In this document: in pieces, positions 13,460 to 27,045 of the stretch | Position numbering within the stretch: the stretch's first letter is position 1 | How the letters are laid out: every line of letters starts with the position of its first letter | Assembly (NCBI RefSeq): GCF_001194135.2 | Contig: NC_068990.1 | Span: 32,222,588 to 32,286,587 of the forward strand | Direction: 5' to 3' | DNA from: Octopus bimaculoides | Lineage: Eukaryota | Length of the DNA: 64,000 nucleotides | The notes under the pieces: generated by a model | Database searches by the model: none | Seen by the model: only the letters and a program-made list of their open reading frames with translations | What the model was told of the DNA's origin: nothing | Translations under genes and position numbers: made by a program

Positions 13460-14290
13460 CATTCGAACATGGCTAATGTCAGCGCCAGCTTGACTGGCTC
13501 CCGTGCCAATGGCACGTAAAAGCACCATCCAAGCATGGTCGTTGCCAGCCCCCTCTGGCTCACGTACTGGTGGCACATAAAAAGCACCATCCAGGTGTGG
13601 TCGATGTCTGCCCCCTCTGGCCCCTGTGCCAGTGGCATGTAAAAGGCACCCACTACACTCTTGGAGTAGTTGGCGTTAGGAAGGGCATCCAGCTGTAGAA
13701 ACACTGCCAGATCAGACTGGAGCCTGGTGCAGCCTCCTGGCTTCCCAGAAACCCTAGTCGAACCGTCCAACCCATGCCAGCATGGAAAACGGACGCTAAA
13801 TGATGATGATGATGACGATAACGTAAAAAAATAAAAACAAATAAATGAAAAACACGATATATATATAATTTAACTTTTCCTCTTCTTCTTGTTCTCCATT
13901 TTGTTCATGAGATGCGTGTTGCTCTTCATGAAAATAAGCATGTCAAAGTTTTCATCAGACGTCCAGCCAAGTTCATGCAGTTTGAGATGGTCAAGGCAGG
14001 TTCATCTCGTGGAAAAGCCAACAGGTTGATGTGCTGTTGATGTGCTGTTTGAGGCTGTTGAGGCTTGTCATGTGCACCTTCATTGGCACAGTCCTGGACA
14101 GGCACAGCTTGCAGTTGAAAATCAATTTGTCTCTTTCCCTTGAATTGATCAAGAAGTATTCGTTCAGGTGGGGCGAGGGATTCTGAGCCTGTTCCTGCTG
14201 ATGTGCAGTGACAGTGGCAGTTCCAACCTTGATGATGTCAACAGATTCAAGTTTTCGAGATGCCATCAACTAAAATATTAAACAATATAA
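12879..14290 (-). mobile_element. Decayed hAT-like DNA transposon remnant with BED zinc-finger fragment
   Basis: Terminus caaaggtgggca followed by many gttaa(c) subterminal motifs. Minus ORF 13991-14269 contains PSPHLNEYF...FNCKLC...TSLNSLKQHI (BED-like). The second end was not found. Confidence 0.6.
13470..13818 (+). mobile_element. SINE family C ((GAT)n tail) with internal tandem units, nested in hAT remnant
   Basis: About 3 units ending gtaaaaagcacc, then ggcgttaggaagggcatccagctgtagaaac...ccatgccagcatggaaaacggacgctaaatgatgat. Confidence 0.85.
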
Positions 14291-15088
14291 ATATCTGAAA
14301 CTATTATAAAACATGTGGCTAATTAACAAATCGGATCTTACAATATCAAAAATGTAATTTGGCTATGCAAATACTAGAATATCAAAGGAATGTACACAAA
14401 TGTTTAATATATTATAATAATGAAACTTATTTATTTTCTTTCAATTAACACGAATGGTATCGCTATAATAACAGATATGTCGTAACCATAACTATTCAAA
14501 GTGAAGTGAATCCTCATTTTGCTGGCACTTCTTTTTATATATAGTGCTGCTTTGCATGCTATGGTGCAATGTCTTATTAATGAAACTTTATCTGATCTAT
14601 CAAACTGGTTGGCCTGACTTTTCAGTCTTTACATGTAACTGATTGTCATTGTGTCTCTGTGTGTTGTTCTTTAATCATTCAATATGGGAATGCTAAGGGC
14701 CTCATGCCATTCCTTCATTGTGATTAGTTCATGTGTGCTACTGTTTATCTCTATAACTAACTGTAGTAACAGCATCATCATCAGCTGCTAATTTCGACAA
14801 ACTAATGTTAGTAATGAAAGCTTTGCTTGATTGTCATGATTATTATCATTATGATTATTATTATTTGTAGTATTATGATGACACTAAAAGCTTGATCTTT
14901 GGATTTACTTGGGATACATTCCTGATAACAATGCTTGTTAATTTCCCTGTACACCATCCATTTAACTGTAGTGATTCTTCAAGGGGTTAACTGGGTTAAC
15001 GGTTTCGACTTGAGTCTTTATACAACGATGAAATGTTCACATTTATTTGTAATAAACAAATGTAATTACCTTCTTTTCTTACCTTAAT

Positions 15089-15218
15089 ATCATCATCATC
15101 GTTTAACGTCCGCCTTCCATGCTAGCATGGGTTGGACGATTTGACTGAGGACTGGTGAAACCGGATGGCAACACCAGGCTCCAATCTAATTTGGCAGAGT
15201 TTCTACAGCTGGATGCCC
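15089..15218 (-). mobile_element. SINE family C 3' part, young subfamily
   Basis: Reverse complement differs from the 27046 copy at only 2 positions over about 130 bp (by-eye alignment). Confidence 0.9.
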
Positions 15219-15466
15219 TCTTGTTCTATAATAGTAATGCATATCTAGCAAGTGTCAAGAATACCTTGCAAATACCCTGAACATCCAGTATACATTCTGA
15301 ATATATAGCTCAGGCAGTAAATATCCAGCTACCACTCTTATGTCTAGCATGTTCAATGACTATCTAGAGCACATTCTCTCTCTATGATCTCTTTCTCTTT
15401 CACCTGTGTGTGTATCCCTCTAATGTACCTGTCTCTGTTTCTAACACACCTGTCTGTATGTCTCTT

Positions 15467-15500
<34 letters not shown>

Positions 15501-15527
15501 ACCTCTTCTCTCTTCAATATATTACAG

Positions 15528-15574
15528 AGTCAGATCTACCTCCACCACATTCTCAGACAGTTATTACGGAGAAA
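15528..15574 (+). CDS. RIC1: RIC1 internal coding exon 6 of window (47 nt, phase 0/2)
   Basis: attacag acceptor, aa|gtaagt donor. SQIYLHHILRQLLRR(N) matches RIC1 SQIYLHHILRQLLVRN. Confidence 0.95.
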
Positions 15575-15629
15575 GTAAGTTTCAAGCTTCTCTATTATTT
15601 TCTAAACTTTTGTAAAATCAAATTATCCT

Positions 15630-15672
<43 letters not shown>

Positions 15673-17793
15673 TCATTCTCCCACACATTCTCTCTCTCAC
15701 CCCCANNNNNNNNNNNNNNNNNNNNNNNNNNNNNNNNNNNNNNNNNNNNNNNNNNNNNNNNNNNNNNNNNNNNNNNNNNNNNNNNNNNNNNNNNNNNNNN
15801 NNNNNNNNNNNNNNNNNNNNNNNNNNNNNNNNNNNNNNNNNNNNNNNNNNNNNNNNNNNNNNNNNNNNNNNNNNNNNNNNNNNNNNNNNNNNNNNNNNNN
15901 NNNNNNNNNNNNNNNNNNNNNNNNNNNNNNNNNNNNNNNNNNNNNNNNNNNNNNNNNNNNNNNNNNNNNNNNNNNNNNNNNNNNNNNNNNNNNNNNNNNN
16001 NNNNNNNNNNNNNNNNNNNNNNNNNNNNNNNNNNNNNNNNNNNNNNNNNNNNNNNNNNNNNNNNNNNNNNNNNNNNNNNNNNNNNNNNNNNNNNNNNNNN
16101 NNNNNNNNNNNNNNNNNNNNNNNNNNNNNNNNNNNNNNNNNNNNNNNNNNNNNNNNNNNNNNNNNNNNNNNNNNNNNNNNNNNNNNNNNNNNNNNNNNNN
16201 NNNNNNNNNNNNNNNNNNNNNNNNNNNNNNNNNNNNNNNNNNNNNNNNNNNNNNNNNNNNNNNNNNNNNNNNNNNNNNNNNNNNNNNNNNNNNNNNNNNN
16301 NNNNNNNNNNNNNNNNNNNNNNNNNNNNNNNNNNNNNNNNNNNNNNNNNNNNNNNNNNNNNNNNNNNNNNNNNNNNNNNNNNNNNNNNNNNNNNNNNNNN
16401 NNNNNNNNNNNNNNNNNNNNNNNNNNNNNNNNNNNNNNNNNNNNNNNNNNNNNNNNNNNNNNNNNNNNNNNNNNNNNNNNNNNNNNNNNNNNNNNNNNNN
16501 NNNNNNNNNNNNNNNNNNNNNNNNNNNNNNNNNNNNNNNNNNNNNNNNNNNNNNNNNNNNNNNNNNNNNNNNNNNNNNNNNNNNNNNNNNNNNNNNNNNN
16601 NNNNNNNNNNNNNNNNNNNNNNNNNNNNNNNNNNNNNNNNNNNNNNNNNNNNNNNNNNNTTTCTCACCCCCCCCCATACTCATTTTCTGTCACTTCACTC
16701 ACACCTCTCAATCCACACTCACTCACTCATACACACATATTCTCTCTCTTTCTCATTCTCACTCCACACACACTCTGTCACCTTTCACTCTACACACACT
16801 CGCTCATCTCTCACTTTACACACACCCTTCTCTCAATGCACTCTCTCACTCCAAACACTCTCTCTCTCTCTTGATGCATTCTCTCTCTCTTCCACTCTCT
16901 GTCTCTCCCATTTCTCTCTCTCCCTCTTTCACACTACATCTCTTTCTCAACCAGTTTGACTTTCATCCCCACCTACACTCACTACCAACAATTTATTTCT
17001 ATCTTCTCCAAATCTCTACATCTACTCCTTCACTGAAGCAGATTTCGAAGTGAACTGACTTGCCTAAGGCCACAACTCAATGTCATTAGCAGAGACATTT
17101 TGGACCCTTTTTTTATTTTGTGCATATGGGTGGTGGTAGTGGTGGTAGTGGTGGTGGTGGTCATGGTGAGAGGAGTGAAGTTAAGTAGCTAAAGCACTCC
17201 CATGCTGCACACACATGTATGCACAAAGAGACACTTATAAACACATATACACAAATGGACATAAAACACAGACATACATATGTACTCGGGCATATTTACA
17301 CATCACTATTCAATTACACAAGGTCATACTCACATATTCACAGATGCACGGTTGCAAACATCCATGGTCATATGCATCTATGCAATATGCATGTTGCCAT
17401 GCACATAGAATATCTCTCACGCAGCTCACCATGTGTACAGAATCTTTTTCACCCTCCTACACGCACACTTCATTACCTCACTACACTCCATCACTTCACA
17501 CATACAACAAAGCATAGAAAATGCAAAAAATTAATTTAAATATAAGAGTGACCTCCCTTCTTTAAACGGTAGGTGGGTGGGGTTCTTTGTATTTTGATCA
17601 CTGATTTAATCTAAAGTTTAATACATTTCCAATGAGAACCTTTAAACACTTGCACACATGTATACATACCTATAAACTGGAGTATGTATATCTGTGTAGG
17701 TATATGTATTGTTTGTGAGTGTACCTGTGTGTATGTGTATAGTTATAATCTGTGTGCTTGCAAATAATATATGGATGTGTATGCATGCATATT

Positions 17794-17894
<101 letters not shown>

Positions 17895-19300
17895 ACATAT
17901 ATGCAGTATGCATAAAATATATTCACTTAAACATTCCTATTGATATGCACATATTTATGAACAAACATAATGTCTTATGTATGCATACATTTATGCACAA
18001 ATGTGTATGCATAATAAATGTATATATATATATATACGTGTGTATATAATATACACACACACTTGTGTATATTTTGTATATATTTGTTTATTATTGTATG
18101 TGTGTGTAACTTGTTAACATAAATCTAATCTTCTGATGATTTGAATGATCTATTCAACTTGAGTTTGAACCCCCACCACCTGACCATGGTGTCAGCCACC
18201 AAAAGGAAATGAAATGGAAAAAAATATATATACATATACTAGAGGAAAAAAGAGAAAATGATGAGAAATCCTTACCCTTCCACCACCTCTAAGTTTAATA
18301 ATAATAATAAAAAGAAGCATCTTAAGACATCAAAACTGAATGGAAAAGAAGTTAAGGGTAAAATCTCTGTCACCCAATTATTGTGTTTTGTCAAGTGGTG
18401 CTGATAAGATTATTTCAACTTAATCATTTTGCTTGCCATGGTGAAAATATCATCACCATCACCATTGCTGTTACCATTGTTATTAATATTATTGTTTGAT
18501 TCCTCCACTCCTGCCTTTCATTGACAGCTTTTTATGTGGTTCTGAAGAAGAAAATATCTATTATAGTGGAATACAACTGAAAAGTAAAGTAGACAAAAAA
18601 AAAAAAATCCCCTCCAGATGACAATATCCATCCTAATCCTATACACACAAAAAACATGTGCACTTGTGTGCTTTCACATGCAGGCACACATATATTCAAG
18701 TATATATACATATGTACACGCACTTTCATATTTTCCTCTCCATTCAGTATATTGTTTAAAATTGGCATGGTTGGATAGTATGTATATTTGTAAATATGCA
18801 TGTGTGTGTGTGTGTGTGTGTGTGCGTATGTACGTGTGTGTGTGTGTGTCTGTGTGTGTGTCTGTCTGTATCTATCTATTCACACACAAACACACATGCA
18901 TGTACTCACACACAAATGGTTAAGAAATTTGCTTGACAATCTTGTGGTCCTGTGTTTGAGACCCTATTGCTTGGCATTTTGGACAAGTATCTTTTAGCAT
19001 AACCCCAAATTGGCACAATTCTTGTGAATAAAATTCAAGATTTGGAAACCATGCGGAAGCTTGTCAGATGGATTGTAACAGTAGCTGAAAGGGGCCAACC
19101 TTATTTCATGCTTATAACATACTGTTTCTGGTTGAACATTACATTAGAGAGACACCAGTCTGGAATACTCATCTGTTTACATAACGACTGAATGAGGAAA
19201 TACTTCAGTTGATTGAACAACTAGAATACTCATTGTTGGAGTCAGTGGGGATCTATTAACTTACGTGTGTGTGTGTATGTTTGCGTGTATACATATGAAA

Positions 19301-19348
<48 letters not shown>

Positions 19349-20127
19349 GTGTGTATGCACGCATATGTGTGTATATATGTATATATATTAGCTTTTGCTT
19401 TGTGCTTGTGTCTAGTATGCGTTAGCTATTCATTTTGGCTCTGTTGTTAATTTTTATAGTTTTCATTTTAAGTTTATCATTAGTATCCCCATTTTTCCTG
19501 CTCCTTACAGTCCTTAACTACTGTTCCTATTCTCTTCCCTGCTCCTTGCTGCCCTTTAACCATCATTCTGGGGAAAGTCTTTTTTTCTTCTTCCTTCTGA
19601 TATGCTAGACTTATTCCAACTCTCAAGTGTTTTCTCTGTTTTATTTTAGTTTCATTTCATAGATTTTATATTTAGTAAGAAGTGAAAGTATTCTTTTGTC
19701 ATATAGCTTCTTATCTCTGAAGTAGTTAATGTTTCTTGTTGGTTGTAGTATTGCTGTTGTTGCTTTTTGATAATCTTGCCTTCCTTTGTTGAAATTTAAA
19801 CTCAAATGAAAAACAAAATATTACTCTATAAGGAAGGTTCCAGCAGATTATATCTATTTTTTTTTTTGTGTTCGTGTTTCTGCATGTGTCTGTAGTAGTA
19901 GTAGATTTGTCCATGTATGTCTGTGTTATGAAATTGAGAAGGAATATAAGAATTATTCATTGTGTAAGAAATTTTCCAGAATGTTATAACTTATGATTAG
20001 GTATGTATATATACTGTTCTAGTTTTTTTTTTTTTTAATCTATTACAAATAGAGAAAGAACTGGTTTGCAACCCAGAAACAAGGTTATTTTAATGGAATT
20101 TAAGCAACAATTATGTATGAATGTGTG

Positions 20128-20178
<51 letters not shown>

Positions 20179-20400
20179 CATCATCATTCTTTAATGTCCA
20201 TTTTCCATGCTGGCATGGGTTAGACAATTTGACTGGAGCTGGCAAAGTCAAGGGCTGCACCAGGCTCAATTGTCTCTTTTAACTTGGTTTCCATGGTTGG
20301 ATGCTCTTGAAAATGCCAACCACTGTACAGAGTGTACTGGGTGCTTTTTACATGGAAACAGCATCAGTGCTTCTTATGTGGCACCAGCACCAGCATGGTC
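20128..20400 (-). mobile_element. SINE family C, older copy
   Basis: (CAT)n followed by tttaatgtccattttccatgctggcatgggtt...ggatgctctt...gtgcttttta. Confidence 0.75.
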
Positions 20401-20589
20401 ACCAAGTATCTTGCAAGACAAAATCCCCTCAACTGGAAGGGGCAAGTATTGAGGGGATGTGGCTTTATGCCAGTTCAAAGATTAAAGGCACAGAATGACA
20501 GAGATTGGTGTCTTGTTAGGGAGTAGATACATATTATATACCCCAGTTGGAACAGAAAGAAAAGAAAAGTAAGATAAAGAGACTGATAG

Positions 20590-20830
20590 TGGGAGAGTTG
20601 ATGGTGAAGATGTGTTAGGAGATGTCCTTGAGGGACATTAGAGGTGGTGAGAATAGTTGAGGTGATATAGAAGTAGGGACTGGGCAAGTGGGCAAGACTG
20701 AGGTGGCTGTAGCAAATGATGGAAAGAAATTTAGGAGAGGCTTGGGGGCAGGGGATTGCAGTAGCTGTGTGAGTGCATTGAGGGTTAATAACAGATAAGT
20801 GAGATCAGCACAGGGGAGAGAAGGCACAAG
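20590..20830 (-). mobile_element. Possible decayed CR1/L2-type LINE RT remnant
   Basis: Minus-strand frame gives TILTTSNVPQGHLL, resembling the RT motif TSGVPQGSVL. Flanks are heavily degraded. Confidence 0.35.
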
Positions 20831-21059
20831 GAGGCGATTGGTGGAGACAATAGGCTGGGGAAGGCATATATGTGTGTGTGTATCTTGTTCTCTTTTCCCT
20901 GCTCACTGTCACTAAGACCCTCCCTTGTTCCCTTGTCATGCACCCACCCACCAGTTAGTACCTAACACTTATTAGCATGCTATTATGAAACTGGTGCACC
21001 ATAGTCAAAACACAGGTGGACAACCAAATTTGACAAGGATTCTCTGCTTTTAATACACC

Positions 21060-21690
21060 TATACTGTATTAAAAGCCTTTTGTGAAATCAAAGGTTTTAT
21101 ACAGGGTCCCAATTTTGTTCTGAATACTTCTTTTTACTGCAAAGATCATATCAGTAGTGACCCTTTCACTGCAGAAACCACATTGGCTTTCTGGCAGGAG
21201 ATTGTTGGTGGTAAGACGGTTATTTAGGTGATTCTGGGAGTATTCTTTCCAAGATTTAACCAGCAATTGATAACAACAAAGAAATACATCTCTGACTGTC
21301 ACAACATGACTGTGCATCACCTTTGTTTTTTTTTACCTTGTTTTATACAGGTGAATAATTGTAACATTTTTGAATGTTTAGGGAAAGTTACCTGTTGGCC
21401 TCATCAAGAATTGTATACTTCAGCAGGAATTGAATCTGCATCTGAAGCATTATGAAAGGATTCTAATCTTAAAGCTTCAGTAGTTTCAAAAGGGTTGAGA
21501 ACTTCAAGGGCTGTATTGAGGATAACCTGCAGTAAATTGTCCATAGATTTCCTCATTTGTCTCGGATGGTCAGTTCCTAACATGTTGAAAGTGTTCAGCC
21601 CATCTTTCATGTATTTCTTCTTTGTGATATGTGTTCTTCTATTTGTTGCGAGGGTGAATGAAACACCTATATCAGTGAGCAATCTGTGAC
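21060..21690 (-). mobile_element. RTE-clade LINE reverse transcriptase fragment (frameshifted)
   Basis: NRLTTNNLLPESQCGFCSERVTTDMIFAVK...FDFTKGF and ETTEALRLESFHNASDADSIPAEVY match RTE/BovB motifs LPESQCGFR...GTTDMIF and KAPGADSIPAEVYK. Confidence 0.85.
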
Positions 21691-21963
21691 AAATAGTTCT
21701 CTACTTGAATATTCCTTCTCAGTTGCAGTAAAATATATAACTGAGCAATACTTGCCTGTTTTCAACAATATCCCCCCCCCCTGTTTATTTATTTATTTAT
21801 TTATTTATTTTTTGCTGTAGCTGCTATGTCATTGTTTGATGAAAATGACAAATGAACTATTATCATTATCATATATATATANNNNNNNNNNNNNNNNNNN
21901 NNNNNNNNNNNNNNNNNNNNNNNNNNNNNNNNNNNNNNNNNNNNNNNNNNNNNNNNNNNNNNN

Positions 21964-22329
21964 ACCAACCACACGGTTCTGGGTTCAGTCCCACTGCGTG
22001 GCATCTTGAGCAAGTGTCTTCTACTATAGTCTCGGGCCGACCAAAGCCTTGTGAGTGGATTTGGTAGACGGAAACTGAAAGAAGTCCGTCGTATGTATAT
22101 ATATATATATGTGTGTGTTTGTGTGTCTGTGTTTGTCCCCCCAACATCGCATGACAACCGATGCTGGTGTGTTTATGTCCCCGTAACTTAGTGGTTCAGC
22201 GAAAGAGACCGATAGAATAAGTACTAGGCTTACAAAGAATAAGTCCTGGGGTAGATTTGCTTGACTAAAGGTGATGCTCCAGTATGGCCACAGTCAAATG
22301 ACTGAAACAAGTAAAAGAGTAAAGAGTAA
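21964..22329 (+). mobile_element. SINE family A copy (5' end in gap)
   Basis: High identity to the 27711 copy, including internal (TA)n(TG)n and 3' gactgaaacaagtaaaagag. Confidence 0.88.
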
Positions 22330-22679
22330 GGATATTATTGTTTACAATAATATTGAGTGGTATAGCATGTGTAAATAATCATCAAGGTAATACCATAAGG
22401 TAAAAAATTACTAATAAATAATTAAGGGTGCTACAAGTGGCACCAGCATGCTAAAAATAGCAGCCAGAAGATGACTATAACCACAAATTTTCACTATTAA
22501 ACATTAATTGAAATTGGGGCAATAAGCAAAAATTCTAAGCCTCTGTACCAATAACAAAAAGAATCTTAAATTGAAAAACCAGACACAACCATATTGTCAC
22601 GATTTGAAACTTTGTGAAAATGTCACTTAGGTATCCTCAGCAAGTCTTACTGACCCAAGGGTCATAGAAACTGCCCATC

Positions 22680-22912
22680 AAGGCGGCGAGCTGGCAAAAA
22701 CATTAGCATGCCGCACGAAATGCTTAGCGGTATTTCGTCTGGCGTTACATTCTGAGTTCAAATTCCGCCGAGGTCAACTTTGCCTTTCATCCTTTCGGGG
22801 TCGATAAATTAAGTACCAGTTACACACTGGGGTCGATGTAATCGACTTAATCCCTTTGTCTGTCCTTGTTTGTCCCCTCTATGTTTAGCCCCTTGTGGGC
22901 AATAAAGAAATA
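22680..22912 (+). mobile_element. tRNA-headed SINE family B (Meta-domain-like) with 14-bp TSD
   Basis: Head aggcggcgagctggc...gagttcaaattcc, central gcctttcatcctttcggggtcgataaattaagtacc. TSD agaaactgcccatc at 22666-22679 and 22913-22926. Confidence 0.9.
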
Positions 22913-25230
22913 AGAAACTGCCCATCTCAAACAATGTGCATGATGACTGTTTTTAATGCTGCAGCAAGTTTAAAAAATGTGATTGAAGTGAATAATAAAA
23001 TAAAATATATATATAAGGATATTATTGTTTACAATAATATCAAGCAGTATAGCATGTGTAAATAACCATCAAGGTAATACCATAAGGTAAAAATTTATTA
23101 ATTAATAATTAAGGCCACTACAGGTGGCGCCAACATGCTAAAAATAGCAGCCAGAAGACAACTACAACCACAAATTTTCACTGATACATATTAACTGAAA
23201 TCTGGGGGATGAGCAGAAATTCTAAGCCCCCGTACCAATAACGAAAAGAATTGGCTTAATTACATAAATATATATATATACATGTGTGTGTGCATGCATG
23301 TGTGTGTATGTACATATGTATGTAGGTGGGTAGGTAGGCAGCTAAGTAGGTATGTACATACAAAGAAGCAGTCAGTAAAGTGAGAATCAGTGATGAGTTC
23401 CATGACAAATTTAGCTAATTCATCGTGAATGTAAGGGTTCAATTCTCAGCCCCCTTCCTATTCATAATTATCCCCAGAGGAGTTTAAGACTGACTGGCTA
23501 TGGTTCATGTACCTGAATCAATAGTAATGTTAGAGAAAAGAAAAAAATCCAGACTTAGAATCAAGAGGCTTCAAACTAAACATGACAAAGACAAAAGTAT
23601 TAGCAAGTGGAAAAGAAGATAAAACTCTGGTACCATTAGGGAAATGGCCTTGTTCATTATGCTGGAAAGTTGTGTGTGTATGCATATATGTGTCTGTATG
23701 TATATGTGCATGTTGATGTGTTTATATATATATATTTATTTTTATATATGTATATACATATACATGTGTACTTATGTGCATACATACATGTACGTATAAA
23801 TATATGTATATTCTTGTATATTTGTAGGACTATATAATTACATGCGTATTCATTTAGATAATATTTTTTGTGTATGTAGCTATTTATATAAATATATATA
23901 TATTAGGCGCATTCATATGTATATGCAAGTGTAATTTTTTTCCTCTTTTTATCAATTAGATATTAGTATGAAGTTTGCTTTTCCATCATAGTTTATTTCA
24001 AGTTTAATGTATTTCATGTCAGCATTAATTTCTTTTTGTTTTTTTGGTGCAAAATGTTTAATTAAGTGCATTCATTAGTGACTGTTGCACACATACCATA
24101 CATATACACATATATTCATAAGCACACACACACACACACTTGTTTGTCATTTGTTTCTTTTTCTTTTTTAGTCACTTTTCCATTGACATCAGACAAATTC
24201 AGTTTATATAATTTTCTAAATTTCCAATAAAATGTGCCAAGATTGGTTGATGTTAGTCTCCCAAGACTAAAACATGTTATCATCTTTCAATAAAGAAAAA
24301 TGATAAAGTTAGTAAATATAAGAAAAAGATAAATAAATAAATTTCATTGAAACACAAGTATGATTTTTACATACTTCTGAACATTGAATGTTTGTAATGG
24401 CAGCAACAAAGTTTAAACAAACTCTTATTACATTTTAGTTCATTAGCATTTGTCATGTGGTGTGGTGGGTTTCTGACAAATTAATCCCTGGAATCAGGTT
24501 TCAATTCTTCCTTGAAAATGTTCTAATTTTGCTTTTTACATAAGACCCCACTCCTTTACTATTTTCCAAGATATAATTGTAGTATTACCTAACTTCTATT
24601 TTCCACCTTCCCTTTTGATAGATACCATTGTATATGTATGTATATTATATACAATTACTTATAAAATCAAGCCAACAATGTATGTGTTTACATTTCTTTG
24701 ACTATACTTGTTTGCAACAAATTATTCAAGTAAGATTTCATATATTTATTCAGTATTGATTAAACTAAACAATTTTTCCTGTGGTTCCAGCAGTTCTGTG
24801 TTATTTCTACGCTCAACTATATTAGCAATATTGAGCTAAAGAAACTAACTGGAGAGTAAATATATTGATAAATGTCTACAGAAGATAGTTGGTTTGAGTT
24901 TAATATGTGTGAGCAGTAAAACTGAGTAAAAAAAGGTGTTGTAAGTTGGCAAAAGTAAAGAAGAGAAGACCTGGGAAGAATCATACATGATAAATTTGAG
25001 AAATTGTTTCACAAGGGATTAAGGCACAATATTAGAATACATTGCAAACCCAGCCAGCCGATGTCAGCTTGGAAAGATATAAGATCATTGGTGATGTTGA
25101 TTGTAAATCCTTTACTAAAGCTAAGATTTGTGAGCTATAAATTATAGCTAATTGTTAAGTACTTCACAAAGCTATTAATGTATGAGCAGCGAAATTATTA
25201 TCTGAAGAAGGTATAGAAAAGAATTATATT

Positions 25231-25440
25231 TTCTACTCTAGGCACAAAACCCAAAATTTTTTGGGACGGGCCAGTCAATTAGATTGATCCCCGGTATGCA
25301 ACTGATGCTTAAGTTATCGACCTGGAAAGGGTGAAAGGCAAAGTTGACCTCGGTGGAATGTGAACTCGGAATGTAAAGACAGATGAAATATCGCTAAGCG
25401 TTTCGCCTGGCATGGTAACGTTTCTGCCAGCTCACTGCCT
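25231..25440 (-). mobile_element. SINE family B copy with about 17-bp TSD
   Basis: TSD tagaaaagaattatatt at 25214-25230 and 25441-25457. Body homologous to the copies in the 57161 array. Confidence 0.88.
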
Positions 25441-25528
25441 TAGAAAAGAATTATATTCACAGAAATATATTTAGGTGCAGGTTCACACAAACATATCTAT
25501 GCTTCCAGAAACAAAAGGATTTCTGTTT

Positions 25529-25562
<34 letters not shown>

Positions 25563-27045
25563 CTTCATGTGTCTATATGTATATGTGTGTGTTGCATATA
25601 AGTGTCTCTCTCCCAATATGTCCTTGTCAAGTCTACATCAACTGCCCTGTTTTTGTCACCCTCTCATCATCCTATTGTTCAACATTCAGTCACTCATTCT
25701 TTTACATACTCTCCAGCCATACTCTCATCTGTTAGTTGTATTATTCTGCCTCTGTCATTAATGAAAATAAAACCTGTTATGTTCCATTGCACTTTCTGTA
25801 CTGTGAGTCCTCATTCTTTCTTCCTCAATTCTCTCCATATTAGCATCTTACCACTGATCACCTTCAACCCTATTCACCCTTAACCATCTCCACCCTTATT
25901 ATTTTCTCTCATCCCTCTACTTTTGCAGCCTTGACCTATCCTGCCTGATTCTTCTATTACTACTCTCTCTTCAATTCAGCTCCTTGGGTATGTTACCCAG
26001 AGGGTATGGACATATCATAGGGTAGTGAGAACTCTCATGCCTTACATGATGCAAGGCACTCTCCCTTGTATTTGTCTCATAAAAAGATACACCCAGTACA
26101 CTCTGTAATGTGGTTGATAGGAATAGTAAGTATCCAGCTGTAGAAACCAAACCAAAAATGAAACATATGAGTGACATGTGATTCTCAGTCCCATATTGGA
26201 GGCCTTTAACTCTGATTAAAACTTTGGACTGTGTCAACCCATCCACCCTCAGCCAGCGTAGAAAGTGAATCATGATAATGACATTAAAACATACTTGGAA
26301 CTTGTAGAAGAATATAATTGATACCTCCTCAGTATGTTGGTCTGCAGATAAAACCATAACGTCTAACTTAAAGGATGATCTAAAAAAAACCTAAACAAAA
26401 TGTTGTGTACTCTTGACCAAGACAAACATTCTCATGATACCTCTTTCGATATAAAAAAAACTAAAATGATGTGGAAAGGTTCAACATGCAAACATTCAAA
26501 AGAACATTCTGACAACAAACATGGTAGGATTTTACTTGTAACAGGAATTGGTTGCAATTGAACCCACCTTTGGTAGCATCAGTTTATGGCAGTAATATTT
26601 ATTAATGTGACAATCAACAAGCGACCAAAGGTTATTCAGGCAAACATTTGCACAAATTCTGTACTTGTCAAGGGTATTAATCTTAAACCAGCCATGCTGT
26701 AGAAAGTGCTAATGTGATACTTTAGGTCTCTACTACATAGACAGTGGGGATGTAACTATATAGACCATTGTAGGGTTGTGACTTGGACTGTTGTAAGGTT
26801 CTGTGTGCATTAACAGTAGATGGGTTCTGTCAGCAAAAGGTTTTGGGGTTAACTGCTGAACACTATTATAAAGTTTCCTAAAATGGTAACATTTCTCACC
26901 ATACACACATGCAGTCATGCAGAGTTGAAAAATATTTAATCCTTTAAATACCAGCCCTTCTGTGACTGCTCCTATTAAAGCATCTGTATTTAAATTAGTG
27001 TCTTTAAGATTTTATAAGATAACTATTATATTTCAGAATATATAT

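Noticed and set aside
14876-14930. ATGATGA...CTGA, a possible C/D-box snoRNA
   Set aside because: Only about 50 nt, no convincing terminal stem, and it sits in ATG-rich low-complexity sequence.
14999-15025. Minus-strand gac-tcaa-gtc-GAAA-ccgtt, half of a hammerhead
   Set aside because: The upstream core is absent (gtataaa rather than CTGANGA); too degenerate to call.
15145-15165. CTGAGGA-ctggt-GAAA-ccgga in the SINE C reverse strand, hammerhead-like
   Set aside because: No stem II can form and there is no NUH triplet after the CCGG.
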